From positions 1 through 32,000 of the forward strand of contig NC_017081.1 in assembly GCF_000284115.1 (NCBI RefSeq): a stretch of DNA of 32,000 nucleotides, in the 5' to 3' direction. This document shows positions 1-9,049 of the stretch, in pieces (positions within the stretch are counted from its first letter, which is position 1; each line of letters starts with the position of its first letter). The stretch comes from Phycisphaera mikurensis NBRC 102666 (lineage in GTDB: Bacteria; Planctomycetota; Phycisphaerae; Phycisphaerales; Phycisphaeraceae). The position numbers were made by a program, and so were the translations under genes. The notes under the pieces were generated by a model. That model searched no databases, had not been told where the DNA came from, and was given only the letters and a program-made list of their open reading frames with translations.

Positions 1-939
1 TCAGCGACCGCCTCGCCCTCGATCGCGGAGCACGTTCAGCACCGCCTCCACCTTCCCAACCGCCTGACGCCATCGTTCGGCGTCGTCCTTGCGGAGCCGT
101 TCCAGGTTCACACGCTTCCACCTCACGGCCGGCAACTCCATCACCTCCGCCAAGGGGGGCGACCCCGCCTCCGCCCTGAGTCGCACGAACCCAAGTAGCG
201 CCGCCCGCTCACGGTTCCTCAGCAGATCGGGCAGCGTGTCCCGCAGGTTCTCCAGCGTCCGGGCGTGATCCTTCACCGAGAACGGGTCCCGCGCCATCCC
301 GGCGAAGGCGCGCTCGAAGGCGGGGCCGGGGTCCTGTATCCGCGGATCCAAGATCTCGTCCGGCGGCCGGCTCGAGCTGAGCACGGCCGCCAGGAACGCC
401 ACCCGCAGCTCATCGCCCGCACCCTCGGCCGCGAGCCGGTCGAGGATGAAACGGGTATCGAAGAGGTCGCGCGGGTGCTGACGATCCAGCGCCGCCACCA
501 GCTTCCCGGCGAAGACCTCCGCCTCGTTCACCACTGGCATCGCCACGAAGCGCCCGAAGCGCTCTTGGGCTGAAGCGCAGAGCACCCGCTCCTCCGGCGG
601 GAAGAGCGATCCCCGCATCATCTTGCTCACTTCAACCTTCACCACCGCGTCCCGGGTCCGGGCCAGCAGCTTGCACTCCGCTCGTTGCACGGTCGCCCGG
701 ATGCCCAGCGGATCGAGCCTGCCCGCCACGCGGTGAAGCGCCCCCACAATCTCCGCGAGGGCCGCCTCCCGCGGCTTGCGTGGGAGATAGGTGAGGTCCA
801 GGTCGATCGACAGCCGCGGCATGTCGCGCCGGAACAGGTTGATCGCCGTCCCGCCCTTGAGGGCGAAGCAGGCCTCGGCTGCCACGGTTGGGGCCACCCG
901 CAGCAGCAGGTCCACCTGACGCTCATACGCCGCCTTCAA
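1..939 (-). CDS. abiEii: AbiEii-type nucleotidyltransferase toxin
   Basis: Protein contains ALKGGTAINLFRRDMPRLSIDLDLTYLP (nucleotidyltransferase GG..N.F..D.PRLS.DiDL motif) and KLVAALDRQHPRDLFD. Supplied ORF extends upstream to 1068, but TTG at 937-939 overlaps the abiEi stop (TTGA) and gives a better start. Confidence 0.9.
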   Translation of the reverse strand: MKAAYERQVDLLLRVAPTVAAEACFALKGGTAINLFRRDMPRLSIDLDLTYLPRKPREAALAEIVGALHRVAGRLDPLGIRATVQRAECKLLARTRDAVVKVEVSKMMRGSLFPPEERVLCASAQERFGRFVAMPVVNEAEVFAGKLVAALDRQHPRDLFDTRFILDRLAAEGAGDELRVAFLAAVLSSSRPPDEILDPRIQDPGPAFERAFAGMARDPFSVKDHARTLENLRDTLPDLLRNRERAALLGFVRLRAEAGSPPLAEVMELPAVRWKRVNLERLRKDDAERWRQAVGKVEAVLNVLRDRGRGGR

Positions 940-1739
940 GGCTGGTCCTCCCCCAGCAGTTTCGCCGGCACCGAGACCCGCTGCGCCGGCACGTACACCC
1001 CGCCGCCGGCGACCTGCACCTTCCCCGGCCCCGGCCCCAGGCCGGTGAGGTCCAGGTGCCGAAACCACGGGTGCCTGGCCCGCTCCGCGAGCACCAGGAA
1101 CACCCGCACCACCCGCTGCAGCCGGCAGGCCCGCAGCAGCTCCGCGAGCCGCCTTGGGCGGAGGTCAACCAAGCCCTCGATGAGGTGCCGCAGCGTCTCG
1201 GCGTCCACTGCTTCGGGGAAACGGAGCACCGCCTCGAGGATCGCCCGCTCGGCCGACGACACCGCGAGGTCGAAGCCCTCCACCGCGAGCGTCTCCACCC
1301 CCGCCGCGTCTGCGTCGGTCCCGCCCGCGGGCAGGCTGGAACTCCGCACGACCTCCAGGCTCGCCGCCGCATGCAGGCGGCCAAGCCACGCCGGCACCCC
1401 CACACCCGGTGGCCCGAAGAGCGTCACGCCTCCCGCCGCGCCCTCGCCGAGCGTCAGCGTGTGCGTCCGCCCACGGAGCATCAACGCCGCCACCGACCCG
1501 ATGTGCACGGGGAGGTGCAGCTGCCGCTGCAGTACCTGCACCACCCCAGGCCACCGAACCTCCTGCCCCGGCCGCACGAACAGCCCGCGGTCGACGCGCT
1601 CCAGCCACCCGGAGCGGGCATAGTGCTGCTGCAGGTCCGCGGAAATGCCCAGCGACCGCAGGTGGCTCGCCGCCAGCGGCTCTCCGCGGGCCCCAGCCTG
1701 CTGGAGCAGTTGGAGATGGGTTGCTTCTCGCGTAGCCAC
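936..1739 (-). CDS. abiEi: AbiEi-type antitoxin / transcriptional regulator
   Basis: N-terminal winged-helix-like segment (LQQHYARSGWLERVDRGLFVRPGQE), immediately upstream of and overlapping the AbiEii-like toxin. Confidence 0.85.
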   Translation of the reverse strand: MATREATHLQLLQQAGARGEPLAASHLRSLGISADLQQHYARSGWLERVDRGLFVRPGQEVRWPGVVQVLQRQLHLPVHIGSVAALMLRGRTHTLTLGEGAAGGVTLFGPPGVGVPAWLGRLHAAASLEVVRSSSLPAGGTDADAAGVETLAVEGFDLAVSSAERAILEAVLRFPEAVDAETLRHLIEGLVDLRPRRLAELLRACRLQRVVRVFLVLAERARHPWFRHLDLTGLGPGPGKVQVAGGGVYVPAQRVSVPAKLLGEDQP

Positions 1740-1745
1740 GCTACG
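1731..1745 (-). promoter_or_regulatory. Inverted repeat CGTAGC-N3-GCTACG spanning the abiEi GTG start
   Basis: Sequence cgtagccacgctacg; perfect 6-bp arms around the start codon. Confidence 0.4.
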
Positions 1746-2616
1746 AAAGTAACATCAATTTGCAACTCACCCGTGTTCTGGCATAGCCGCCTCGTCGCTC
1801 GATGCCGAGGCGGCCGGAGTCGCCGGCCACTTTCTGCTCGTTTCCCTCTGCGGCATCGAAACCCACTCGCGCGAAATCCCTGCCGGCGGCGGACTCGTCG
1901 GCTATCGCTTCGAGCGGGCGCGGCGTCCTGGCTTCTCGCGAGCGGGACCTCAGGAGGGGGCGGCGGATCCGGCCGGACCTGCAGGCCAGCGCCTTCAGCT
2001 GTCTGGCAGGAAAAGCAGCTGTTGCAAGACCACCGACTGGGTCGAGGGCAGGCGATGCTGGTTGCTCGACGATCCCAGGGTGCGGTCGAAGTCATCCAAG
2101 TTGCTGCCCGCGCCGCGGCGGACCGAAGCGGCTCTTCATGAAACATCGCAAGACACGATCGAAGGCCGTCGTCGGCCAGATGCCTCTTCCTTGGGACCTC
2201 GCGAGCCCCGCAACTGCCGCACCCCAGGATTCACCCGGGCCCCCGCCGGAAGCGCCGCTCCCGGCGCCTCCTTCATCGCCTCAGAAGCGATGGCGGATGG
2301 ACTGGCACTTCAGCAGTTCTGTCGAGGTACCTGCGATTCGGGTCCGTGAGGCAGGACAGTGGATCCGGTACACCCTCCAGATCCTGCTGCTCCTCGCCGC
2401 CAGTGGGTGCCCGAGCGAGAGCCGCTCTGCGATGGTGTCTTCAGAGCGACCTCACAGCTCGACCTCATTGCTCGCCTGCGGCGTCGTTCAAAGCTGCCCG
2501 GAGGAACTCGGCATGGCTCGAGCACTTGTTGGTCGTCCCGCTGACCAGCACCCGCCCAACTGGGCTTCAGCCAGCTCGCGCCTGTTCGAGCAGAATCGGT
2601 GGACTCCGAGGAGACG

Positions 2617-3510
2617 ATGATGATGAAGCCGAAACAAGAGAAGGAGAAGCCGTCCGCGGGAGACGAACTCGGGTTGCGCGAGAATCCGTCGCACACCTCC
2701 GACTGGGCGTTCCGACCCGAAGCGGTGGTGTGGGTGCATGGTGAGCCGGTCCGAGCCAACCTCCACCCAGTGGCGTCGCAGCTCTACAGCTGGCTGCGGA
2801 GGAAAGGCGATGTGACGTACTTCACAGAGAAGATGAAGTCAGACCCCGGGATGTACACCAATCCCTATGCATTCGACGCCTCGACGCTCGCTCGCGTGTT
2901 CCTCGACGTGGTGAACGAGACCCATGCGGCGGGCGAGAGCCACGAAGACATCGAGCCTCACGACATGGAGGTGGTGCGGATTCGCCTGACCGGGGAGTTG
3001 ACGCTGCTCTCCGCTCGCCTCTTGGAGGCGGTGTTGCGGCAGATGCTTTTCTGCACCGCGTTCCCGAAGAAGAGCTACGAGAACGCCTCGCTCGGCCAGC
3101 TCATGTCGACGGAGTGCCGGGCGTGCAAGGGCGGGGATGGCCCTGCCCACCACATCTCACTTGTCGCGTCCCTGGGCTGCCGGTATGGGATGTGCCGGCA
3201 GATCGACGCCTGCGTGGTGAGCTTCCTGAAGCTCCTGAACAAGCAGCGAGCGCAGGCCGGCGCGCACGCAAGCACTCCGTCCATCGTGGACCGCCCCGTA
3301 GCGGAGTCGCGGAAGATGCTCGCGGAAGACTGCTTCTCTCTCGGTGAGGGGCTCTGCCATGCGCTTCAACATGTGTCCGAGGTGGAAGAAGCGATGATTC
3401 TGGAGATCGAGCGCCACGCGGCAGACAGTCAGCGGCGGTCTCTGGTGATTTTGCCGAGCAAGTCTTCGCCCGCCTCCACCGAAATGCCGGACCCGCCCGC
3501 GACTTCATGA
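2617..3510 (+). CDS. Hypothetical protein, possible HEPN-like helical protein (R-x5-H)
   Basis: Long ORF with non-repetitive protein composition; IDACVVSFLKLLNKQRAQAGAH resembles the HEPN motif helix. ORF track starts at 2599; ATG cluster at 2617. Confidence 0.7.
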   Translation: MMMKPKQEKEKPSAGDELGLRENPSHTSDWAFRPEAVVWVHGEPVRANLHPVASQLYSWLRRKGDVTYFTEKMKSDPGMYTNPYAFDASTLARVFLDVVNETHAAGESHEDIEPHDMEVVRIRLTGELTLLSARLLEAVLRQMLFCTAFPKKSYENASLGQLMSTECRACKGGDGPAHHISLVASLGCRYGMCRQIDACVVSFLKLLNKQRAQAGAHASTPSIVDRPVAESRKMLAEDCFSLGEGLCHALQHVSEVEEAMILEIERHAADSQRRSLVILPSKSSPASTEMPDPPATS

Positions 3511-3570
3511 TGGTTCGAAGACGCGCGCCCGATCGCTACCCAGAAGACGCGTCCCCTCTCGACTCCACCC

Positions 3571-4161
3571 GTGAACCTCTTCTTCGCCACCATCAACGCT
3601 CTTCTTTTCCTCGCCACGCTTTCCATGGCGGTGACCGCCTCTCGACAGCGGAAGTCGACCGAAGCCGCGGGCGTCGCCGCCGTTGCCGCCGCGGAGCGAG
3701 CCAACGAGGCCGCCGAGAAGGCCGCCAACGCTCTTGAACGAGCCGCCGAAACCGCGGGTCAGTCCGCCGATGCGGCAGCCAGGTCAGCCGACGCGACGGA
3801 GCGGGTGGCCAGCGTCAAGACCGCTCAGGAGCAGCGGGAGGTGGCGGCGCAGAAGCTCGCGAAGCTGGACGCCTCCCTCGGAACCTCCGGCAACACGAAG
3901 CAGCTCATCATCACCAACCACGGCAAAGCCGTGGCGACGGACGTGCTGGTACTGGTGGCGGGCCGCTCCTTCAATGATCATGAGGGCGTGACTGATCCGT
4001 TCCCTGAGCCGAAGGCCACCCGGGTTGGCCCGGGTGGGCAACTGATCGGTGGCTTCGTCGTGTTCCGGAACCCAGGTCGAGTGAAGCTGCCGGCCCAGGT
4101 TCGTCTGGAGTGGCGAGATGAGAGTGGGGCACCAAGGGACTGGGAAGGACAAGTGGGCTGA
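3571..4161 (+). CDS. Small membrane protein with N-terminal TM and Ala/Glu-rich coiled coil
   Basis: MNLFFATINALLFLATLSMAVTASRQ then heptad-like EAAEKAANALERAAETAGQSADAA; soluble beta-like C-terminus. Confidence 0.65.
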   Translation: MNLFFATINALLFLATLSMAVTASRQRKSTEAAGVAAVAAAERANEAAEKAANALERAAETAGQSADAAARSADATERVASVKTAQEQREVAAQKLAKLDASLGTSGNTKQLIITNHGKAVATDVLVLVAGRSFNDHEGVTDPFPEPKATRVGPGGQLIGGFVVFRNPGRVKLPAQVRLEWRDESGAPRDWEGQVG

Positions 4162-4350
4162 AACTTGGATCCTCGACTGACCACTGGAGAGACAGGTAAA
4201 GCATCCCGGAGCCGGCGTTCCCGCCAACTCGTCGGCGGCCACCATGGATCCGTCTTCCCGGCACCCGTAGCGGTGGAGGATCACGCTTGAGCTTTTTCTG
4301 TCGAGGCCGAACGTCCTGATGGATGAAGAAGCTCTCCATGAACATTTGCG

Positions 4351-5319
4351 TCAGAACCGGTCGGCGTCGAGCAGCGTGAGTCTGAGGAGGTTCGCTTCCC
4401 GATCGATCACCACCTCCGTGGGCTCGTAGCTCAACACCCGGGTGGTCCCATCCCCGTCGATGTCGAGCTGGAACAGGCAATCCTCGCTCCCCTGCGGGGA
4501 GACGACGACGCGGTGCCCGCCGAGCCGGTCGCGGCGGAGCACATCCAACGCCCGCGGCACCCGGTGCCACTGCGCGATCGGCTCCCGCCCACGGAGCGGC
4601 ATCACGATCCGGCCGAGAACGTCGAGGTCGTCCATGCTTTGTCGGGCGACTTCTTGGAGCTGTTCCTCGCTCCAGACCGTGAGTGCCTCGGGGCCGGCGT
4701 CGGCGTTCAGCACCGCCAGCGTCCGCTCACGGATGGCCTCGATCTGATCCTCCGGCACGGCGGGGGGCCGCCAGCTGAAGTAGTCGTCGCCGATGCTCAT
4801 CCGTTCGTGGCGCTCCGCGGCCTCCTCCGGCGAGAGCTTGTCGAAAGCCTCCCCCATCGCGTAGTCGGAGTCCCACATGAAGCGTTCCGCCAGCTCGATG
4901 AGAAACCGTGTCCACTGGTCGGTGTCCAACTCGGCGTCGTCCTCCGGCACCCAGCCCAGGTCCACCTCCCGCGCGACCCGGCGGAGGTCCGCGAGGATGT
5001 CGTCCTGCGTGGGGTCTTCTTCATCAGGGTCTTCGAGCGGGACCATGATTTGATCCCGGTATCCGAGGAAGCAGGCAACGAAGGCCGCCTCCACCGCGGC
5101 GTGCAGCTCTGGCGGCTCTTCTTCTGTCAGCAACGCCGCTCGGACCACCCGCTCCAGCAGAACGACCTGCGGACCACGCTCGAGCACGTCGAACGCCCGC
5201 ACGCCCAGCTCCAAAGGCCCCCCGTGCTTCAGGCTCCAGCAGAGCGACGCGGCTCCCTCGCGAAAGACCTTTCGCGTGGTGCCGGTGAGGGTGATGTTTC
5301 CGTTCTCGCTTCGCCACAT
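4351..5319 (-). CDS. Hypothetical acidic protein
   Basis: 322-aa ORF with plausible protein composition; no family recognised. Confidence 0.7.
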   Translation of the reverse strand: MWRSENGNITLTGTTRKVFREGAASLCWSLKHGGPLELGVRAFDVLERGPQVVLLERVVRAALLTEEEPPELHAAVEAAFVACFLGYRDQIMVPLEDPDEEDPTQDDILADLRRVAREVDLGWVPEDDAELDTDQWTRFLIELAERFMWDSDYAMGEAFDKLSPEEAAERHERMSIGDDYFSWRPPAVPEDQIEAIRERTLAVLNADAGPEALTVWSEEQLQEVARQSMDDLDVLGRIVMPLRGREPIAQWHRVPRALDVLRRDRLGGHRVVVSPQGSEDCLFQLDIDGDGTTRVLSYEPTEVVIDREANLLRLTLLDADRF

Positions 5320-5401
5320 GATTTGACTCTTTGAAGACCAGCTCGACCTGTCAACGTGCGGCGGTCGGCTCGATGTGGGGAAGAAGCACCGCTCGGTGGA
5401 A

Positions 5402-5415
5402 GTATCGTACGATAC
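5402..5415. promoter_or_regulatory. 14-bp perfect palindrome GTATCGTACGATAC just upstream of the SprT-like start
   Basis: Direct read: aaGTATCGTACGATACaaagtATG; ends 5 nt before ATG at 5421. Confidence 0.6.
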
Positions 5416-5420
5416 AAAGT

Positions 5421-6116
5421 ATGGAGAAGCCCACGGCCGAGACCTATGGCGCTCTCCAGCGCGCGTTCGACCACTTCAACACGGAGCTGTTCGGCGGCCG
5501 GCTGGCGCCCGTCGTGTTCGTCTTCCTTCGAAAGCCGGGCATGCGGGGGGCCTTCCGGTCCGCGGCGTGGAAGCGGCGGGGGAAGGGCGGTGCTGCTGGA
5601 AGTGGCGGGGCGGTGGACACCGCGGACGAGATCGCTCTGAACCCGGATTACCTCCTCGACCACGACGCGGTCGAGGTGCTCGGCACGCTCGTGCACGAGC
5701 AGGTCCACCAGTTCCAAGTACTGACGGGCACGCCGTCGCGACCGACGTACCACAACGCCGAGTGGGCCGACATGGCCGAGGCGGTCGGGCTCCGCCCGAC
5801 GGCGACGGGCGCGGTCGGCGGGGCCCGGGTGGGTCAGAAGATGGAGCACCTCGTCGAGCCGGGGGGGCGCTTCGAGGCGTCCGCCGAGCGGCTGCTCGCT
5901 GCCGGCTGGGACCTCTGCTGGGAGGCGCGGGCGACCGGATCTGGAGCCGCTGCCCCGGAGGGCGAAAACGCTGGGGCGGAGCCGGCAGTCGAGCCGCCGG
6001 TCTCCAGCAAGCTCGCCTACTTCTGCCCCGCGTGTGGACTGCGGGCGTGGGCGAAGCCCAAGACGAACCTCATGTGCGGTGACTGCCTCCGTCACCTCAA
6101 GGTCGACATCGACTGA
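5421..6116 (+). CDS. SprT-like zinc metalloprotease domain protein
   Basis: FNTELFGGRL..., LGTLVHEQVHQFQ (HExxH), YHNAEWADMAEAVGL, and C-terminal zinc ribbon YFCPACGLRAWAKPKTNLMCGDC. Confidence 0.85.
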   Translation: MEKPTAETYGALQRAFDHFNTELFGGRLAPVVFVFLRKPGMRGAFRSAAWKRRGKGGAAGSGGAVDTADEIALNPDYLLDHDAVEVLGTLVHEQVHQFQVLTGTPSRPTYHNAEWADMAEAVGLRPTATGAVGGARVGQKMEHLVEPGGRFEASAERLLAAGWDLCWEARATGSGAAAPEGENAGAEPAVEPPVSSKLAYFCPACGLRAWAKPKTNLMCGDCLRHLKVDID

Positions 6117-6130
6117 GCGGACGGCTTGGC

Positions 6131-7345
6131 TCAGCCGCGGAGGCAAGCGTTGCACTTGCAGGTCCCGGTGGCCGGGTCGTGCATCCACCAGTCGTTGGTC
6201 ATCCGACCGCACAGGAGGCACTTCGCAACGCGTTCCTTCCGCGTCGGCTCGCGCCGCACAGGCGCTGCCGGCGGCGGGGCGGTGAGTCCCACGCGACGCT
6301 GCAACGATGCTCGGCGTGCCGCTTCCATCGCCGCCTCGCGTTTCTGCACCTCCTGCAGGTGCGCCTCGATCTCCACGGCCATCCGCTCCCGCCACGCCCG
6401 GTAGCGGGAGTGCTCGCCGGGGTGGAGCGGGCGACCGTCCGAGGGCCGCATCTCCATCTCCACCAGCGGGTTCACCAAGACGAAGGCGCGGGCGTCTCGC
6501 TCCCACGGCCGGAGCGGCCGCCTGAAGCGCAGCGAGACGACGCTCCAATCAGATGGGTGGCCGCTGGGTTTGTCCACCGACGGGATCAGGTAGCTCGATC
6601 CCGCCCCGGCCGTCCCGCGAGGCGACGCGGGGTCGTCGTACGCGGCCTCCTCTTCGGTGCGCAGGAACAAGGGCTGGGCCTCGACGTGGGGCTCGACCAT
6701 CCAGACCTCCTGCGGGGAGAGCTGAACATTGACCTCTTCGCCGTCGATCAGGGGATCTTCGGGTTCCACGCGGACGCCGTCTCGGAGTGGGCGGAAGCGG
6801 CGGTCGATGCCCATGCGAACAAGCCGGCGGCCGCCACGCTGGAACGCGTCCCAAGCGTCGCGGAGTTCCCAGTCGAGACGCTTCCGTATCAGCAGGTGGT
6901 GGTGGGATCGCCGCCCATCGGGATCTTGCAACCGGACATCGACCGGCAGCGGTCCGGCGGTGGTTTCTACTTCCACGTGCACCTGGTCCCGCCAGCCGGC
7001 AAACTTCCCGCCGGACGCTTTGACCTTGCCCTTAAGCCACCAGCACAGGGCGGTCTGCGCCGCGGCGAGAACGGCGTTGTCCTTTCGTGCGTACCGGCAG
7101 GTCAGTTCTCCGGGCGGGTGGGCGAAGTGGGCGCAGACTCTTCGCCCTCGCTTGAAGCGGAGCGCGACGCCGCACCCCTCGTCTGGGCAGACAATCTCGT
7201 CGGCGGCACACGCTCGACGTAGCTCCAGCTCGACGGGGTCGTGGCCCCGTTCGCCCGGCTCGCCGTGCCCGACCGGCACGCTCTGGGGGTGGATGTCCAC
7301 CGTTTGAACCCGTTCGCCGGTCGAGGCTCGGATGGCGAACAGCAC
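6131..7345 (-). CDS. CoiA-like competence/nuclease-family protein
   Basis: N-terminal zinc-binding segment IVCPDEGCGVALRFKRGRRVCAHFAHPPG typical of CoiA-like proteins; additional C-terminal Cys cluster CLLCGRM...CKCNAC. Confidence 0.6.
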   Translation of the reverse strand: MLFAIRASTGERVQTVDIHPQSVPVGHGEPGERGHDPVELELRRACAADEIVCPDEGCGVALRFKRGRRVCAHFAHPPGELTCRYARKDNAVLAAAQTALCWWLKGKVKASGGKFAGWRDQVHVEVETTAGPLPVDVRLQDPDGRRSHHHLLIRKRLDWELRDAWDAFQRGGRRLVRMGIDRRFRPLRDGVRVEPEDPLIDGEEVNVQLSPQEVWMVEPHVEAQPLFLRTEEEAAYDDPASPRGTAGAGSSYLIPSVDKPSGHPSDWSVVSLRFRRPLRPWERDARAFVLVNPLVEMEMRPSDGRPLHPGEHSRYRAWRERMAVEIEAHLQEVQKREAAMEAARRASLQRRVGLTAPPPAAPVRREPTRKERVAKCLLCGRMTNDWWMHDPATGTCKCNACLRG

Positions 7346-7385
7346 GTCAGACGCTACCTCTTCTTGGTCCGGCTGCCGAACCAGC

Positions 7386-7450
7386 GGGGTGTCGGGGCAG
7401 AGCCCTGACCGCGCGGCGGAGCGTCAGCGACGCCGCGCGCGGCCGCGGAA
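7386..7450. repeat. Double-hairpin element, copy 1 (3' of radC-like gene)
   Basis: GGGGTGTCGGGGCAGAGCCCTGACCGCGCGGCGGAGCGTCAGCGACGCCGCGCGCGGCCG; stems GTCGGGGC/GCCCTGAC and CGCGCGGCG (7410-7418)/CGCCGCGCG (7431-7439). Confidence 0.7.
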
Positions 7451-7481
7451 AGCGGACCGGACCCTGGCCTGCGGTCCCGCC

Positions 7482-8219
7482 TCACCCCGCCGCCCGGATG
7501 CTCACGCTCCCCTGCGAGGCGACGACGATGTGGTCGAGTACCTCCACCCCCAGCGTCCGGCCCGCCGCTTCCAGGCGTCGCGTCACGGCGTGGTCTTCGG
7601 GGCTCGGGCTCGGGTCTCCGCTTGGGTGGTTGTGCACGAGCAGGACCGCCGCGGCCGCGTCTCTGAGCGTCGGCCGGAAGACCTCCCGCGGGTGCACAAG
7701 GCTCGCGTCCAGCGTGCCCACCGTCACCCGGTGCGTGCCGATGACATGGTGCCGCGTGTCCAGCGTGACAACGTGAAACTCCTCCTGCACGCCGTCGGTG
7801 GCGAGGCGTGCGAAGCGACGCCGGCAGAACGCGAGGGCTGACGCGGTGCCGGTGATCGTTGCCTCGGGCGGGGCCTCCGCCGCGGCCGCCACCCGACGGC
7901 CCAGTTCCACCGCGGCGAGCACCCGGCCCAGCGTCCGCCGCTTCAGGCCCGGGACCGCCTCGCCCAGCTCCGCGTCGCCCACCGAGAGCAGCCGCCGCAC
8001 GTCCCCACCGCACAGGCCCATGATCCGCCGGCCGGCCTCCTCGGCGTCGGCCTTGGTCCGTGTGTCCGCGTCCACCACCACGGCCACCAGTTCCGCGTCG
8101 GTCATGCCGGCCGCGCCGTCACGCCGGATGCGCTCACGGGCGACGTCAACGCCCACCGCGGAACGCCGGGGGTAGAGGCCGGCGGAGGGGTTCGGGTGGC
8201 TGGAAGGCTGAAAGGTCAT
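7482..8219 (-). CDS. radC-like: RadC-like (JAB/MPN domain) protein
   Basis: VLLVHNHPSGDPSPSPEDHAVTRRLEAAGRTLGVEVLDHIVV (H-x-H...S...D); EEFHVVTLDTRHHVIG. Internal ATG at 8219 chosen over the 8324 upstream start. Confidence 0.92.
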   Translation of the reverse strand: MTFQPSSHPNPSAGLYPRRSAVGVDVARERIRRDGAAGMTDAELVAVVVDADTRTKADAEEAGRRIMGLCGGDVRRLLSVGDAELGEAVPGLKRRTLGRVLAAVELGRRVAAAAEAPPEATITGTASALAFCRRRFARLATDGVQEEFHVVTLDTRHHVIGTHRVTVGTLDASLVHPREVFRPTLRDAAAAVLLVHNHPSGDPSPSPEDHAVTRRLEAAGRTLGVEVLDHIVVASQGSVSIRAAG

Positions 8220-8291
8220 CGCATCGCTCCAAGGGGCACCGCTCGGGCGCCGGGTGTCGGGATGCAGGGGTCGCGCGAATCTCACGCTCTC

Positions 8292-8334
8292 GGGCCAACA
8301 CGTTTTTGGCCCCTCCCTGCACAAGCAGGGAGGG
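8292..8334 (-). promoter_or_regulatory. Conserved 5' leader hairpins of radC-like gene
   Basis: GGGCCAA(8292-8298)/TTGGCCC(8306-8312) and CCCTCCCTGC(8311-8320)/GCAGGGAGGG(8325-8334); same arrangement upstream of the ardC-like gene. Confidence 0.6.
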
Positions 8335-8372
8335 AGGGGTCAAAACACGCAGCTCTCACCGGGCTGCCGCCC

Positions 8373-8516
8373 GGAGCGACCGCAGCGCGGGCACGCCATA
8401 ACGGAGGCGAGGAGGGCGGGAGGATCTGATCGCAGCGCAGCGGAGAACTCCACGCGGAGCGAGGAGGCGGGTCAGATCCGAGTGGCCGACGAGCCGACGG
8501 CGGGGCGTGACGGCGC
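8373..8516. repeat. Dispersed structured repeat family, copy A
   Basis: GATCTGA (8423-8429) ... TCAGATC (8472-8478), then gagccgacggcggggcgtgacggcg; similar to copies at 10180, 11703 and 14997. Confidence 0.65.
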
Positions 8517-8613
8517 GGAGGAAGAGGAGGGCGGTGGCCCGGTGCGGCCAGCCGGTCCCCTCGGGGGCCGGCGTTCCTTCGCCCGCCTGATGGCTCGTTG
8601 CGGCCGCCTGCGG

Positions 8614-8838
8614 CTACGGCCTGTCAAGATAGGGCATCGCTGCCCGCATTGCATCGTGTTCGTGCCCGTAGGCGGGGCGGGCGGTGCCCTCGCGGAGCAG
8701 CTTCCCGATGGTGAGGCGTGGAACGCCCCGGGCCACTCGAACCTTCGCGTCGTCCGGGAAGTCGGTCCGCTCCAGGCTGGCCGCGGCGACGCCGCCGTCG
8801 TCGCTGACCAAGAGGTAGAGGGGTGGGGGGATGCTCAA
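8614..8838 (-). CDS. Small hypothetical protein
   Basis: 74-aa ORF MSIPPPLYLLVSDDGGVAAASLERTDFPDDAKVRVARGVPRL..., plausible protein composition, TTG start. Confidence 0.45.
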   Translation of the reverse strand: MSIPPPLYLLVSDDGGVAAASLERTDFPDDAKVRVARGVPRLTIGKLLREGTARPAYGHEHDAMRAAMPYLDRP

Positions 8839-8935
8839 GGGACCGCCGGTTTACAACGCGGGGCGTCAATGTGCGTGCGCTTGTGGCTGCGCCGCCTGGC
8901 GTTGAGCCTGCTCAAGCGGACGCCGGGAAGGCAAC

Positions 8936-8993
8936 GGGGTGTCGGGGCAGGGCCCCGACCGCGCGGCGACCCGGAGGGGAGCCGCGCGCGGCC
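8936..8993. repeat. Double-hairpin element, copy 2 (3' of ardC-like gene)
   Basis: GGGGTGTCGGGGCAGGGCCCCGACCGCGCGGCGACCCGGAGGGGAGCCGCGCGCGGCCG; stems GTCGGGGC/GCCCCGAC and CGCGCGGC/GCCGCGCG. Confidence 0.7.
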
Positions 8994-9049
8994 GAGACCC
9001 GGCCACGGCGAAGCGTTCGCACGACCGCTCCAGGCCCCCAGCCCCGGGC

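Noticed and set aside
1740-2600. ORFs between abiEi and 2617
   Set aside because: Conflicting frames, no coherent protein or motif; treated as non-coding or decayed.
7354-8013. 219-aa ORF overlapping radC-like gene
   Set aside because: Out of frame with clear RadC motifs; low-complexity.
8292-8334. Leader hairpin as a simple rho-independent terminator
   Set aside because: It lies upstream of radC-like start and is not followed by a convincing U-tract on the minus strand; the same arrangement before ardC favours a leader element. Not excluded.
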